Below the pieces are notes generated by a model that was not told where the DNA came from, ran no database searches, and worked only from the letters and a program-made list of their open reading frames with translations. From positions 29,326,001 to 29,390,000 of the forward strand of contig NC_086121.1 of NCBI RefSeq assembly GCF_963921235.1: DNA of 64,000 bases, in the 5' to 3' direction. Position numbers and translations under genes: made by a program. This DNA comes from Mobula hypostoma (taxonomy: Eukaryota). Below are positions 36,187 to 47,999 of this stretch, piece by piece; position 1 is the stretch's first letter, and the number at the start of each line of letters is the position of its first letter.

Positions 36187-38376
36187 CAGGGATCCCCAAC
36201 CTTTTTTGCACCGCGGACCGGTTTAATATTGATAATATTCTTGCTGACCGGCCAAAGGGGGGGTGGGGGGGGGCAATCACGACCAGAATGTAGGTGATAA
36301 GTCAACTATCAGTCACCTATCAGTGGCTAATACACTCAATTTCATTTCTAAAAGGGTTTATCTAATGAATTTAATATTAAACACACAGCGCATATTTTCC
36401 TCGCATTAATATAGTGATGTCAATTATAAGTCATAAGGGGGTTCCTTATGTCCAGTCCATTCCGCAATTTAGTTTTCATTGCATTCATTGCAGAAAACTC
36501 CGCTTCGCTGCGATATGATGTTGGAAATGGGAGCAACGTTTTCAGTGCTTTCGTGGCTATCTCAGGATATTCAGCCTTGACTTTGATCCAGAATGCTGGC
36601 AGAGATGTTATGTCAAACATACTTTTCAGTCCACCGTCATTTGCAAGTGCGAGGAGTTGATCTTCTTCCCGCGCTGACGTGGGTGATTCACCGGGGACAT
36701 TCACAAATGGGTCACAGACCCATTCCTTTGCACGTCTTGGGTCATTTTGGTTGGGAAGTAACGCTCAAATTCTGTCGACAGCGAAGATAGGTGTTCGTGC
36801 ACCAGCTGTGAGCCTCAGTCTCTCCCAAATTCCCAGCTAATGTTGGGAACATGTCAAACATGCCCCTGTCCACTCGCCATCCCCACAGTTCCAGTTTGGC
36901 TGTGAAAGCAGACACTTTTTCTGCCAACTTGAAGACAGCTGTCATTCTCCCCTGAAGTGACAAATTGAGTTCATTGAGCAGGTTGAAGACGTCACACAGA
37001 TAAGCAAGTTTTGCTATCCAGTCCTCGTCACTGAAGTGGGCTGCCACTGGTGACTTTTTTCTTGAAAAAAATCTCTGTAGCTGCTCTTTTAACTCAAAAA
37101 CCCTAGCCAGGGCTCTCCCCCTTGATAGCCACCTGACTTCAGTGTGTAAGAGAAGGCGTTTGTGCTCTGCATCCATTTCCTCGCAAAGCTGCTCAAACAG
37201 ACGTGAACACGAGGAAATCTGCAGATGCTGGAATTTCAAGCAACACACATAAAAGTTGCTGGTGAACACAGCAGGCCAGGCAGCATCTCTAGGAAGAGGT
37301 AAGAGTCCACGTTTCGGGCCAAGACCCTTCGGCGAAGGGTCTTGGCCCAAAATGTTGACTGTACCTCTTCCTAGAGATGCTGCCAAACAGACGTGAGTTC
37401 AGGGCTTTTGCTTTGATGTGATTGATAACTTCAACAACATCACTCACACACTGTTAAGATCAGGTGACATTTTTCGGCTAGCCAGCATTTCCCTGTGTAT
37501 GACACAGTGTGTAGACTGGCATTCAGGAACAACCTCTTTGACTCGGGTAGTGAAACCAGACTCGTTAAGCTGTTCCAACAGCTGTGCTTCGATGTCCTCC
37601 GCTACGTCATCGATTCTCCTTGAAACTGTGGTAGCTGAAAGAGAAACCTGTGCCATCTTGTTAGCTGCAGCTTCTCCTAACCATTCACGGCACGTCCTTG
37701 GAGGCAGGCAGAATCAATTCTTTACCAACAGTGAAAGGCTTCTTAGCCTTAGCAATACGACCAGCCACTAAGTACGACACTCTCAGAGCAGCAGCGTTTG
37801 TGGAAGTGGTGGCTGTCAGCACTTGTTTCTGTCCCGCTTGCTCATGTTTTTTCCGCTCAAAAAACTCAACGGGTTTGTCTTTAAGTGCAGGGTGCTTGGA
37901 CTCAAGGTGCCGAAGCAGATTTGAGGGCTTCATTGCCTCATTAGACAGCTTGTCTCCACATATCACACACAGGGGGCTTGGAGCGTGTGAGTCACCGGTC
38001 ACAATAAAGCCATATTTTATGTACGACTCGTCGTATTTTCTGTTGAAGGAAGCTTTCTTTTTTTTTTGCAGTCTCGGCCTCAGCTGTCTCTGCGTTATCA
38101 TCATCGTTAGGCCTTTTATGTCCCCTACCATCTCTTCCAAAGAAACCCTCAAGCGATGTTTGTTTTTCACTCATCGAGTAGTTGCAGGTTAATGACCTTG
38201 CGTGAGTAATGACCTCACGTGCGTTCAAGTTCAACAGTGGGCGTGACAGGGAATGGGGAAAGGTGCAGCTGACTCATATCGTTTCATATCACCAAATCAT
38301 ATCATTTCCTCGCGGCCCGGTAGCACGTGCTTTGTGGTCCAGTACCAGTCCACAGCCCGGTGGTTGGGGACCACTG
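36187..38376 (-). mobile_element. hAT (Buster/Charlie; ZBED5/SCAND3-like) DNA transposon, defective, inserted in a V-SINE
   Basis: TIRs CAGGGATCCCCAACC / CAGTGGTCCCCAACC; 8-bp TSD CTGTAAGG/CTGTGAGG; BED finger (CVIC...LRHLESKH), HCVIHRE, LHTEVRWLSRG and dimerisation motif LPFPTSY; frameshifts and internal deletion. Confidence 0.93.
37207..37383. mobile_element. Fold-back Penelope pLTR insertion (177 bp) inside the transposase gene
   Basis: 13-bp TSD CAAACAGACGTGA at 37194-37206 and 37384-37396; inverted arms meeting at cccttc-ggc-gaaggg. Confidence 0.85.
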
Positions 38377-38963
38377 CTGTGAGGAGTCTACAAGTTCTTC
38401 TCGTGTGGAATTCCTCTGGGCGCTCTGGTTTCCTCCCACATTCCAAAGATGTAATTTTGTGGAAATGCTATGTTGGCTTCAGAAGCACAGGGACACTTAC
38501 AGGCTCCCCCTCGCACCTTCTCGGACCCTGTCAACCATTGATGCAAATGATGCATTTTACTGTAAAAAGTAATACTAATAATAACAATTTAAAAGCTAAT
38601 CCTTCTCACACCTCTTCCATTTTTCTCTCTTCTACACCTTTTCATGTTATTGGAATGGCTAAAACCGGTGGGGAAAAAGAATCAGCTAAAAGCACCATAA
38701 AACTAATTGACTGGAAAAGACAAAAGTCATCAAGCTATAAGCAAAATACTGCAGGTGCTGGAAAGATGAAATAAACACAGAAGATACCTGAGGTGCTCAG
38801 CTCTTCAGGTAGACAAACAGAGTTAACAAGCAGCAAAGCTCTGATGGAGGATCATCAAGTTGAAATGTTCACTGTTTCTCTCGCCACAGATGCTGCACGG
38901 CCTGTTAAGTATTGGCAGTGCTGCCAGCTTTTAAATCATCATTAACCAAGAGTTCAGACTCAC

Positions 38964-39080
38964 CTTCAGGAATTCCAGAAAGGCAGGTTTAGTGAGGCAG
39001 GCCTTCTTAATGAGAGCCATAGCATTGGTGAAGTTATTCACATAGTCACTATATACATCCAGCACCATAGACTTTGAGAA
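38964..39080 (-). CDS. ARHGEF10L: ARHGEF10L exon, DH ([39 protein letters not shown])
   Basis: ttccAG/GTGAG, 117 nt, phase 0-0. Confidence 0.96.
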
Positions 39081-39415
39081 CTGGAAGAGAGAAAGACATG
39101 ATTTCTGCTAAGTTGCAGTTGGGCAGACCAGCATCACTATAACCATTGCAGTCAATCTCTTCTGCAAATATTCATTCCCTTGCTGAATCCAATTCATTAA
39201 AAAAGCAAATTAAAGCTCAATTATACAAGAAAAGTAAACACTATTAGAAAGAACCCTGACTTTCAACAATACCCATCAATAATATCAGTGAACTTCATGT
39301 ACTCAAGTACCCCTGTAAGTTTGCATGGAGTTATTTTACAATGGCCATCCCACCTCACCTGTGAGAGGTGAGCAGAGGAATGAGAAGCATCATCATCATC
39401 GTCATGACCACTTAC

Positions 39416-39595
39416 CGAAGCAACAAAGAGATCTCCAATTTTCTCTGTGGCATCCCACTCGGCTACCCGCGAAGCCAAAGCAATCTGAAACATCGAATGA
39501 CATTGAAGAACTTCCCTTAGACGGTAAAACACTACCCGCAACTTCCTCAGGCTCATCAGCTTGGGCTCGGCATCCAGCAACGGCTTCTTGTACTC
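39416..39595 (-). CDS. ARHGEF10L: ARHGEF10L exon, DH ([12 protein letters not shown]...[29 protein letters not shown])
   Basis: cccAG/GTAAG, 180 nt, phase 0-0. Confidence 0.96.
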
Positions 39596-41104
39596 CTGGG
39601 TGGGCAACAGAGAGGCACAAGGACTGGAAATGGAAATGGTTTATCATCACATGTACCGAGACACAGTGAAAAACTTTTGCTTTCATACTGTCCATCTAAT
39701 CCATGCACAATTACAGCAAGGTAGTAGAAGGGAAACGGAATGCAGGATATAATGTTCGAGTCACAGAGAAAGCGCAGTGCGGGTAGTCAAATAAAGTGGA
39801 AGGACAACAACCAGCAAGTGTGAGTATTAGCAGTAAAACTACTGGTTCCTTCAACCTATTCTGCTGCTCATCATCTATCCCTGTATCATTCTTCCAGACT
39901 ATTTCCAAGTACTCCATTTTCCTTAACACTGAAAAATCTGTAACCTTAATAAACTCCATGACTAAGCCTCCGCAGATATCCAAAGTAATGAACTCTAAAG
40001 CTTCACCACCCTCTGAATAAAGGTACTTTTCCTCATCTGGGTCCTAAATGACCTATGCGTAACTCAAGACAGTGACCACTCAATCAAGGAGCAACACCTC
40101 AAGTGTCCTGCTTCCACTCTGCTGCCCCTTATATGAACTTCTTACATTTCTGTGACATCAGCTCTCATTCCTCTGAACTCCAGCAATGGAACAAACTTAG
40201 ACTACTTAATCTCTGCCTGCGTATTAATTCCGAATCTAGTTAAAGTGCCAACATGCATAGCTTTGGGATGTTGAAGGAAACAAGAGCATCTAGAAGAAAC
40301 CAGGTTGGTTGAGCAAACCAGGGCTTTTCTCTTTGGAGTGATGGAGGATGAGAAATGACCTGATAAAGCTGCATAACATGATAAGAGGCATAGTTAAGAG
40401 TGCACAGCCAACACCATTTTCCCCATTGGAGTAAAGTATGGCGGGGGGGGGGCAGGGATGTCACAGGTAGTTTTTTTTTTAAAAACGGAGTAGCAAGTAC
40501 ATGGAACATACTGCCAGAGATGGCGATAGAGGCAGATACATTCAGGACATTTAAAAGACTCTTACATGGACATGTGGATGGATGGAAAATGCAGGAGGGA
40601 AGGATTAGATAGATCTATTATACTGTTCTATGTTCTATAAACCAGCATAGTTACAGGGAGAATACGCAAACTCTACACAAACAGCACCAGACATCAGGAC
40701 TGAACCCAGGTTGCCAGAGCTGTGAGGCAGTGGAACTTGTAACCACGTTGCCCTTTTCTGTTAACTAATTCTTAATCCAAAACTCCAATATTACAAGGAG
40801 CACCTCCCTGCAAAGGGAAAGAAAACATATTGAACTTTATCTGTGTCCATCACCCCATCAGGCAAAGAGTTATAAAATCTCAACACTTGGGGTGAAAATA
40901 TTTTTCCTCAGCTCCCTGCAAACTGATCATCAATCATCTTTGCAAATCCTTTTGCAGGAATCACAGTGTCATCCTCACAAATGAGTTGAGCAGTAGGAAA
41001 GTCTCTCAGCACATGCTCGGATGTATTCTGTTACTTCTATGCTTCTTTTTCAGATCTTTGGGGTAGAGCATTCAGAACATGGTAACAGATCTCCAAACTC
41101 TTAC

Positions 41105-41182
41105 CTGTAATATCCGTTTCAGAGATTCAACGTAACTCCGTTCACTTTGCACAATTGAACTCAAAATATGTCTTCGAACAAT
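41105..41182 (-). CDS. ARHGEF10L: ARHGEF10L exon, DH start ([26 protein letters not shown])
   Basis: aacAG/GTAAG, 78 nt, phase 0-0; DH conserved region 1 (SExSYVxSL). Confidence 0.94.
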
Positions 41183-41624
41183 CTGTTACGCAAGACAGGC
41201 ACAATATTTAGCTCCAAAATCCAGCTTTGGAAAGATCTTCAGTATCTCAGATTATAGACTTCATTTTATAGAATTCTTAACTGATCATGAGGAAATGTGA
41301 CAGAGGAATGTGTGTTAAGTCAAAGAAACTATAGGATTAAGATTGAACCCAAGCATTCACAGCAGCCTTCAAATGCAACCTACTCCGGCTCTGAGCATGC
41401 ACACACTGGGATGCGTGCACCTCCTGAATGCTTGTGTCAGAGACAAGGGCAGGCCCATAGAACCAACTGTGGCTTCATCGTTCTGGGCCATTAGAGCAAG
41501 AACCACTGATACAGGGGCAAGCGATGGTGGGGGGGGAACCTAACAAACGGAAAGATAAACTGGATCAAGCTACACTTTGAACAATTCAAGGCAGCCATCA
41601 TTATCCAGCTACAGAAACGAGTCA

Positions 41625-41810
41625 TGAGGAATTCTGCAGATGCTGGAAATTCAAGCAACACACATCAAAGTTGCTGGTGAACGCAGCAGGCCAGGCAGCA
41701 TCTCTAGGAAGAGGTGCAGTCGACGTTTCGGCCAAGGCCTGACAAAAGGTCTCGGCCCGAAACGTCGACTGTACCTCTTCCTAGAGATGCTGCCTGGCCT
41801 GTCGCGTTCA
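41625..41810. mobile_element. Fold-back Penelope pLTR insertion (186 bp)
   Basis: 14-bp TSD ACAGAAACGAGTCA at 41611-41624 and 41811-41824; inverted arms of about 55 bp around a hammerhead motif. Confidence 0.87.
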
Positions 41811-42138
41811 ACAGAAACGAGTCACTTGACAGCTCTCTTCAGTATTTTCACACGGCTTCTTCTGATGCAAAGTTAAAGAGTCACTGCATAACAAGCAAAA
41901 AGCAGTATTTTCTCAGTTGTACCCCCTCCTTCAGCAATGGGCAGCTGCTGAGACAAATTGCAATCCATCCCTTCACTGCTCAAGCTGAGATCCACTAATA
42001 ACTATTTTGTTATCAAATTCGGAAGCTCTTTTGTCTACACTGAGTCACTTACACATGCCAGTAAATAAAAAGACAAACCACTATAAACAAATACACGCTC
42101 TAGTGTCATCTAGAGTGAAAGGGTCAGAAGGCACTGAC

Positions 42139-42245
42139 CTGTTGAGGGCTCAGCCCTGGGGGCATCGGACTGAGCTCTGGTGGAGGATGTTTTGAGTCCG
42201 ACACCGGAACATCAAGATAGCCAGCATCATCCTCTTCATACTGAT
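42139..42245 (-). CDS. ARHGEF10L: ARHGEF10L exon ([36 protein letters not shown])
   Basis: ttttctttcAG/GTCAGT, 107 nt, phase 1-0; pre-DH PMPxGLSPQQ motif; absent from ORF track, read manually. Confidence 0.92.
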
Positions 42246-44360
42246 CTGAAAGAAAATAAAATGAAGTTTCAACGTTAGTTGTTAAGGATTAGAAGTCGCT
42301 ATTGCCATTAAATAGCTGAGGGCTTGGCTAGACAGTGGTTCCTTATTTTAGAGTCAAAGATCAAGTGGAAATTTAAAATTACGAGAGGTCTCGATAAAGG
42401 CGATGTGAAGGCTCCAGCAGAGACATCAATAACCAGACAGCATAGATTTAAGGTAACTGGTGAAGGTATTCAAGAACGAGATAGAGAGAAAATGTAATGC
42501 AGAACTTGCTATCCAAAAGAGGCAGATACACAGACATAAAAGAAAAAGTTTTTACAATTGGATAAAAACTTGATGTACTTATAACCCATGAGACTACAGA
42601 TCAAGAGCTGGTCATTGTGATTAATCTCAAACCACTCTGTTGCATCCACTATGGTGGACTGAATGGCCCCATTCTGCATTCTGTACGTTTTTCATGTAAG
42701 AAATACAGTAAGTGATTACACTGGTAACTAACACAGAAGATCGAAAGCAATAAAATGTAACAAGAAAAAAATCAAAGTAAACAAATGTTTGGTCACTAAA
42801 AGTACTCTTCCTCTCTTCCCTTCTGAATGCCTGCCAATATCACTTAGTCTTTGTCTGTTCTCCCCCCCAAGACGCTGATCAACCTGCTGTTTGCAGCACT
42901 TCAGATCTCCACGAGTTGTAATTTCTCATTCCCAATGGCCTTAGCTTATGAGGCATTTCCCCATTTAAATCCCGAGCTTATTTTTCAGCTCACTCCATGA
43001 AGCAGAACAACACTAGCAGGGCCGCAGTAGACTTTGAGTCTCTGGATAAGCAAGAAGAGTTTATTAAAAATACGATGAATTGAACTTCCTGTTGCTGATT
43101 GTTACTCATCAACCCGTGCGCTGCTCCGATTCAGATCAGAAACCGACTGACATGTCGCAGCTGTAGACCAGCAAGTCTGAATCTGTTACGTGAAGGAAAA
43201 GCTTGTGAGTGAGAAGAGAAGCTCATGTTTGTGGTTTTGCCCTACTGAATCAGCAAACGTGCAAGGGAAACTTTCAATCTGTTGGAGACTGCGGCTGCTT
43301 CACTAAGCAAGCTGTTAAAATCTGAAGTTTACAACAAATTATCATTTTGAGATGGAAACTGCTGTTTCTAATCTAGTTGGCATAACACAATCCACAACTG
43401 CTGGGTACAATGCAATAGCAAATATTCTGAAAGATGATTGCTTGTTTTTGGCAAAGGATGAGTTTACACGGGGAAAACATCCATTGCTGAGAAGCCACCC
43501 ACACTCCACTGATTAATAGTTATTTGAACATTGAATGGTGCAGCCATTGATTCATAAGAGAATAAACACATGGACTGAAGATTTACTTATGGAAGATTTC
43601 ATGCAACTTTAATATAGGCCAAATCACCAGCATCTGCCTTCACAAACCGCCCATCTGCTTCTTCTTTATTTAATAAAGACCGGCGCCCATCACTGTCCTT
43701 AGGCACCTAGTGTTGTCCAAATGACACTGGCCTTTAAGATCAGTCCATGGCAGCCAACAGCTACAGCCCTTGAAGCAAGCCAAACAGTCTAATGCAAACA
43801 TTTAATTCACTAGCATTCACTGTGAACAATCTCAAAAGACAAACTCCATCCCCAGCGTCAATAAAGGCTCCATCAAGAAGGCTATCACTGTGAAAACTCC
43901 AGCGCAAAACAGTAGGTTAGCTCTCACCCTCCTCTGGCATATTGCCTGAACAGCCACTCAATAATCAGAAGTGTTTGTGATTTCCCTTCTGTTCCCCCAG
44001 CAGGAGTGTATGTGCCGTCACAATGGCTATACCAACACTATCCTGATGCTGGGTTTCAACCTAAAACTTTCAACAATGAGTTTCTTTCTTCCTTTCTCAG
44101 TCTACTGAGTTCCTTCAGTGGATAGTTTGCTGCTCCCTTTCCCAGCGTCTGCAGAGACTCATGCACTAGCACCAGTGTTGGTCTGAATCATGCCAGTCCT
44201 CAACTTGCCTGGTCTGCCAGTTATTAGTTTTCACATCTTTAGAACAAGGTGGTATGGAGTTGGCAGTTGGCATGAAGGGTGGGGGGGGGGCAGAAGGAGG
44301 CAACTAAAAGCGGCATACAAGTCATTTTCTCCACACTGTTAAACATACGAGGGAAGACCA

Positions 44361-44735
44361 GGTGGCGGGGTGGAGATATGTCTCTGCCAAAGGAGATGTA
44401 AGGTGCTCCTTCCCTCCACTACCCTGCAGGTCACCTTGGCAATGTATAGTAGCTGCCTAGCCCCCTGATCAGGGTCACATGAAGCTATGGGAGCAGGAGG
44501 TGTATGGTCCTATGAGCAGCTGGTGCATATCACAAGTCCCAGTTGTGCACCCACTAACACCAGGCAGACAATCTCTGAAGAGTATTGACAATGGCTGGGG
44601 TCATTCATCTTGTAAAGACCCCGCTCAGAAGACGGCAATAGGAAACCACATCTGTGGAAAAATTGACCAAGAACAATCACGGTCGTGGATAGAGCATGAT
44701 CACCATGTCATATGACACTGTACTGAATGAATGAA
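44361..44735 (+). mobile_element. Short non-autonomous retroposon with RTE/Bov-like tail, copy 1
   Basis: Reverse-complement similarity to 46535-46920; ggcaat..aaaccac..ttg.ccaagaa tail ending in (TGAA)n. Confidence 0.6.
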
Positions 44736-44870
44736 ATAAAGGGAAGATTATTAACAATAATCAAAAACAAAATATTAAATTGAGCTGGCTAATCATATCC
44801 AAAATCAGCTTGATAATAAGAGGCAGGGTAGTGGCAAAATGATGCAGTTTGGCAAGTTAAACAGATAATA

Positions 44871-45356
44871 TACTCAGTCACCACTTTCTTAGGTACACCT
44901 GTACAGCAGCTTCTTAATGCAAATATCTAAGTCAGGGTGGCAGCAACTCAATGCACAAAAGTAAGCAGACATGTTCAAGAGGTTCAGTTATCATTATGAG
45001 AAAGAGGAAGAAAAGCGATACGAGTGTCTTTAACTGTGGATTGATTGCTGGTGCCAGATGGGGAGGTTTGAGTATCTCAGAAACTGATGATCTCTTGGGA
45101 TTTTCACGCACAACCGTCTCTAAAGATTACAGAAGATGGTGCAAAAACAAAGAAAAACATCCCAGGAACGGCAGTTCTGCGAGTGAAACGCATTGTTAAT
45201 GAGAGAGGTCGGAGGGAATGGCCAGACTGGTTCAAGCTGACAGGAATGCAACAGTAACTCAATAACCACAACATGTCACACATTGAAGTGGATGGGCTAC
45301 AGAAGCAGAAGACCACGAACATAATTCATTGGCCACTTTATTAAGTACAGTGTGTA
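44871..45356 (+). mobile_element. Tc1/mariner non-autonomous derivative
   Basis: Paired-like HTH remnant GLIAGARWGGLSISETDDLLGFSRTTVS; TIR-like ctcagtcaccactttcttaggtaca. Confidence 0.72.
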
Positions 45357-45544
45357 TAGACAGTATGTGGTTCAGCTCTAAGCAATGCGAATTGACAGAA
45401 CGATATTGAGATTCTAATTCTCAAGTTCCCTGAGAGTAACAATACAAATACTGCAGGTGAAAATGAAGGTGGCACATGGCATGAGGTAAGTTTGCATTTA
45501 TAGACTAGGACATAGGATATATGTCATGAATATCAATTTTTCCT

Positions 45545-45860
45545 TAGTAAACAAATTTCCCCCCACCACCACCTTCCTTTATTCCCCACTCTGACCTTTC
45601 ACCTCTTCTCATCTGAGTCCCCCTCCTCCTTCCCTTTCTCCTATGGTCCACTCTACTCTCCAATCAGATTCCTTCTACTCCAGCCCTTGATGGTTCCTAT
45701 CCACCAGACTTCACCTATCACATTCCAGCAAGCCTCTTTCCCCTCCCCACACTTTTTAATCTGGCATCTTCTCCCTTCCTTCTCAGTCCTGAAGAAGGCT
45801 CTTGGCTCATTTCCACAGATGCTGTCTGACCTGCTGAGTTCCTCCAGCATTTTGTGTGTT
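45545..45860 (+). mobile_element. Penelope 3'/pLTR remnant, followed by a decayed CR1 3' fragment (to about 46440)
   Basis: Same CT-rich and gatgctgtctgacctgctgagttcctccagcattttgtgtgt sequence as the other copies. Confidence 0.65.
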
Positions 45861-46534
45861 TTTCAAAGGATACAGAAGTTGGGGCATTATGTTGCAACTT
45901 TACAGAAGACTGCCTAGACTGCCCTTGTATGCAGTTCTGGTCACCATGCGACAGGAACTATATGGTTGCAAAGGAGATACACCAAGTTTGACACTCTAGT
46001 TGTGGGGAGACATCAAACAGGCTGGTTTGTTTGCTTTGGAGAAAAGAAGCTGAAGGGTGTCCTCAAAGATGTACGTATATATACACTTATAATTGGCAAG
46101 AGCTAATGTAGGTAGTCAGAATGTTTCAACAAAAATAAGGCGGCAGAGGTTTAAGGTGGAAGAAGGAACCATTACAAGGGAATTGAGTCCTATCCATCCA
46201 CCTTAAAGAGAGTTGTTGCTATATGGAATGCAGCAATAGGTGCTTGTTTAAATATGTCTTAAATATGGAGCTTTTCGATACAACCACTATATTTAACAGA
46301 CGTTTAAGTAAGCACTTAAATAGGCAAGACGCAGAAGGATGCTGACTCATCGCAGGGAAATGGAATTAGTGTACATGAGCAAAAAGATGTCGGCCCGGTT
46401 ACATGGTATACAGCTCTAAGCTCTGTTTTTATGGATACAGAAGATTTGAAATAAAAAGCAAGAACTGTTGCAAAAAAAAAACCCAGCAGCTTGCTCAAAG
46501 TTGAAAGTAAATTTATTACTGAAGTACTTATCAC

Positions 46535-46920
46535 CACCATCATCGTGTGCCGTGTCATATTAACCTGGGCGATCATGGTCTTATCCATGACTATGATTGT
46601 TCTTGGCAAATTTTTCTACAGAAGTGATTTGCTATTCCTTTTCTGGGCAGTGTCTTTGCAAGACCAATAACCCCACCCATTACCAATGATCTTCAGCGAT
46701 TGTCTGCCCGGCATCAGTGGTCGCATAATCAGGACTTGTGATATGCACCAGCTGCTCATACGACCGTCCACCACCAGCTCCCACAGCTTCACATGACCCT
46801 GATCCGGGGGGGGGGGGGATAAGCAGGTGCTACACCTTGCCCAAGGATGACCTGCAGGTTAGGGGAGGGAAGGAGCACCTTACACCTCCTCTGGTAGAGA
46901 CCTATCTCCACCCCAACACC
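46535..46920 (-). mobile_element. Short non-autonomous retroposon with RTE/Bov-like tail, copy 2
   Basis: Inverted copy of 44361-44735. Confidence 0.6.
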
Positions 46921-47890
46921 CCAAAATACATATTTGTCACCAAATGCTACCCAGAGGTTCATCATCTTGTGGAAATTAGAAACAAAGAAATACAGCAGAA
47001 TCAATGAGAACCTACACACAATGACAAACAACCACTGTACAAAAAAAGACAAATTATGCAAGTACAAAAAATAATTAACAATAACAGCTCAAAGCTTGGG
47101 CAGCACCTGGAAAGAAACAAAGTTAATAAATCAGTCTGAAGGATTGAAGTAGGTGAACTGGAAAAGAGAGATATATGGTAAAATGATTGAATCATGCATC
47201 AAATAGTAACCAATAAGCACACACTTGCTGGACCAATTTTTTTCAAAATCTTAGTAGTTTTTACAGAACGAGAAAGCCTATAAAACTCTAAGTGGACTAA
47301 CAAAACAGATGATGGGAGGATTTATGATGGCTTGGGAGTCTAGAACCGGTGACACAGCCTCAGGACAGGAAGTGTACATTGAGAACAGAGATGAGAAGTT
47401 TCTTCATCTGGATGGTGTAAGCCTATGAAAGTCATTATAACTGAAGACAGTGGAGGTCAAATTGTTAATTACAAGGGGAGGTAGATACACTCCTTAATCT
47501 AAGGAGATCATGGGACATGGGGAAACAGCAGGGACAGGGCAATGAAGTAGATGGTCATCCACAATTACATTGCATGGTGAATCAGGCCTGAAGAGATCAA
47601 TGGCCATTGTTGGCTTCTATTTTGTTTCCATGACAATGAGCAAAGGCCATTTTTCCAATTTAAAAGAGTGTAGAAGTTTTATTAAATAATGATCAGATCA
47701 TGGACAACCACAGACACCAAGGAACTCAGAGACCAGGCACACATCAACTCTGTAGCATAGCAGAGCTTTCAAAATGCAGTTGAAGAAGCTAACACAGACA
47801 AGCTGTATTTTCACACCACATTCCTGGAAGGTAACTGTACTAGTCCACCAACAAGTCCATGACATGATTCAGACCAAATATTGACAATAC

Positions 47891-47999
47891 CTTGAAACTC
47901 TCTCCTTTGAAGGAAGGGAACTTTACGCATGACTGCATTTTTTGTCTTCTCCAATCCATCTTTAGTCCCATTCCTTGCTGCCTTCATGAGCTGCTGCAT
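47891..47999 (-). CDS. ARHGEF10L: ARHGEF10L exon ([36 protein letters not shown])
   Basis: actAG/GTATT, 109 nt, phase 0-1; GTKDGLEKT motif. Confidence 0.93.

Noticed and set aside
36742-37386. 214-aa ORF with a novel-looking N-terminus fused to transposase
   Set aside because: The N-terminus is translated Penelope insert; chance fusion in a dead element
42985-43160. Possible alternative first exon (GTGAG donor near 42990)
   Set aside because: The open frame ends in phase 2 while the next exon needs phase 1; the phase-1 frame has a stop
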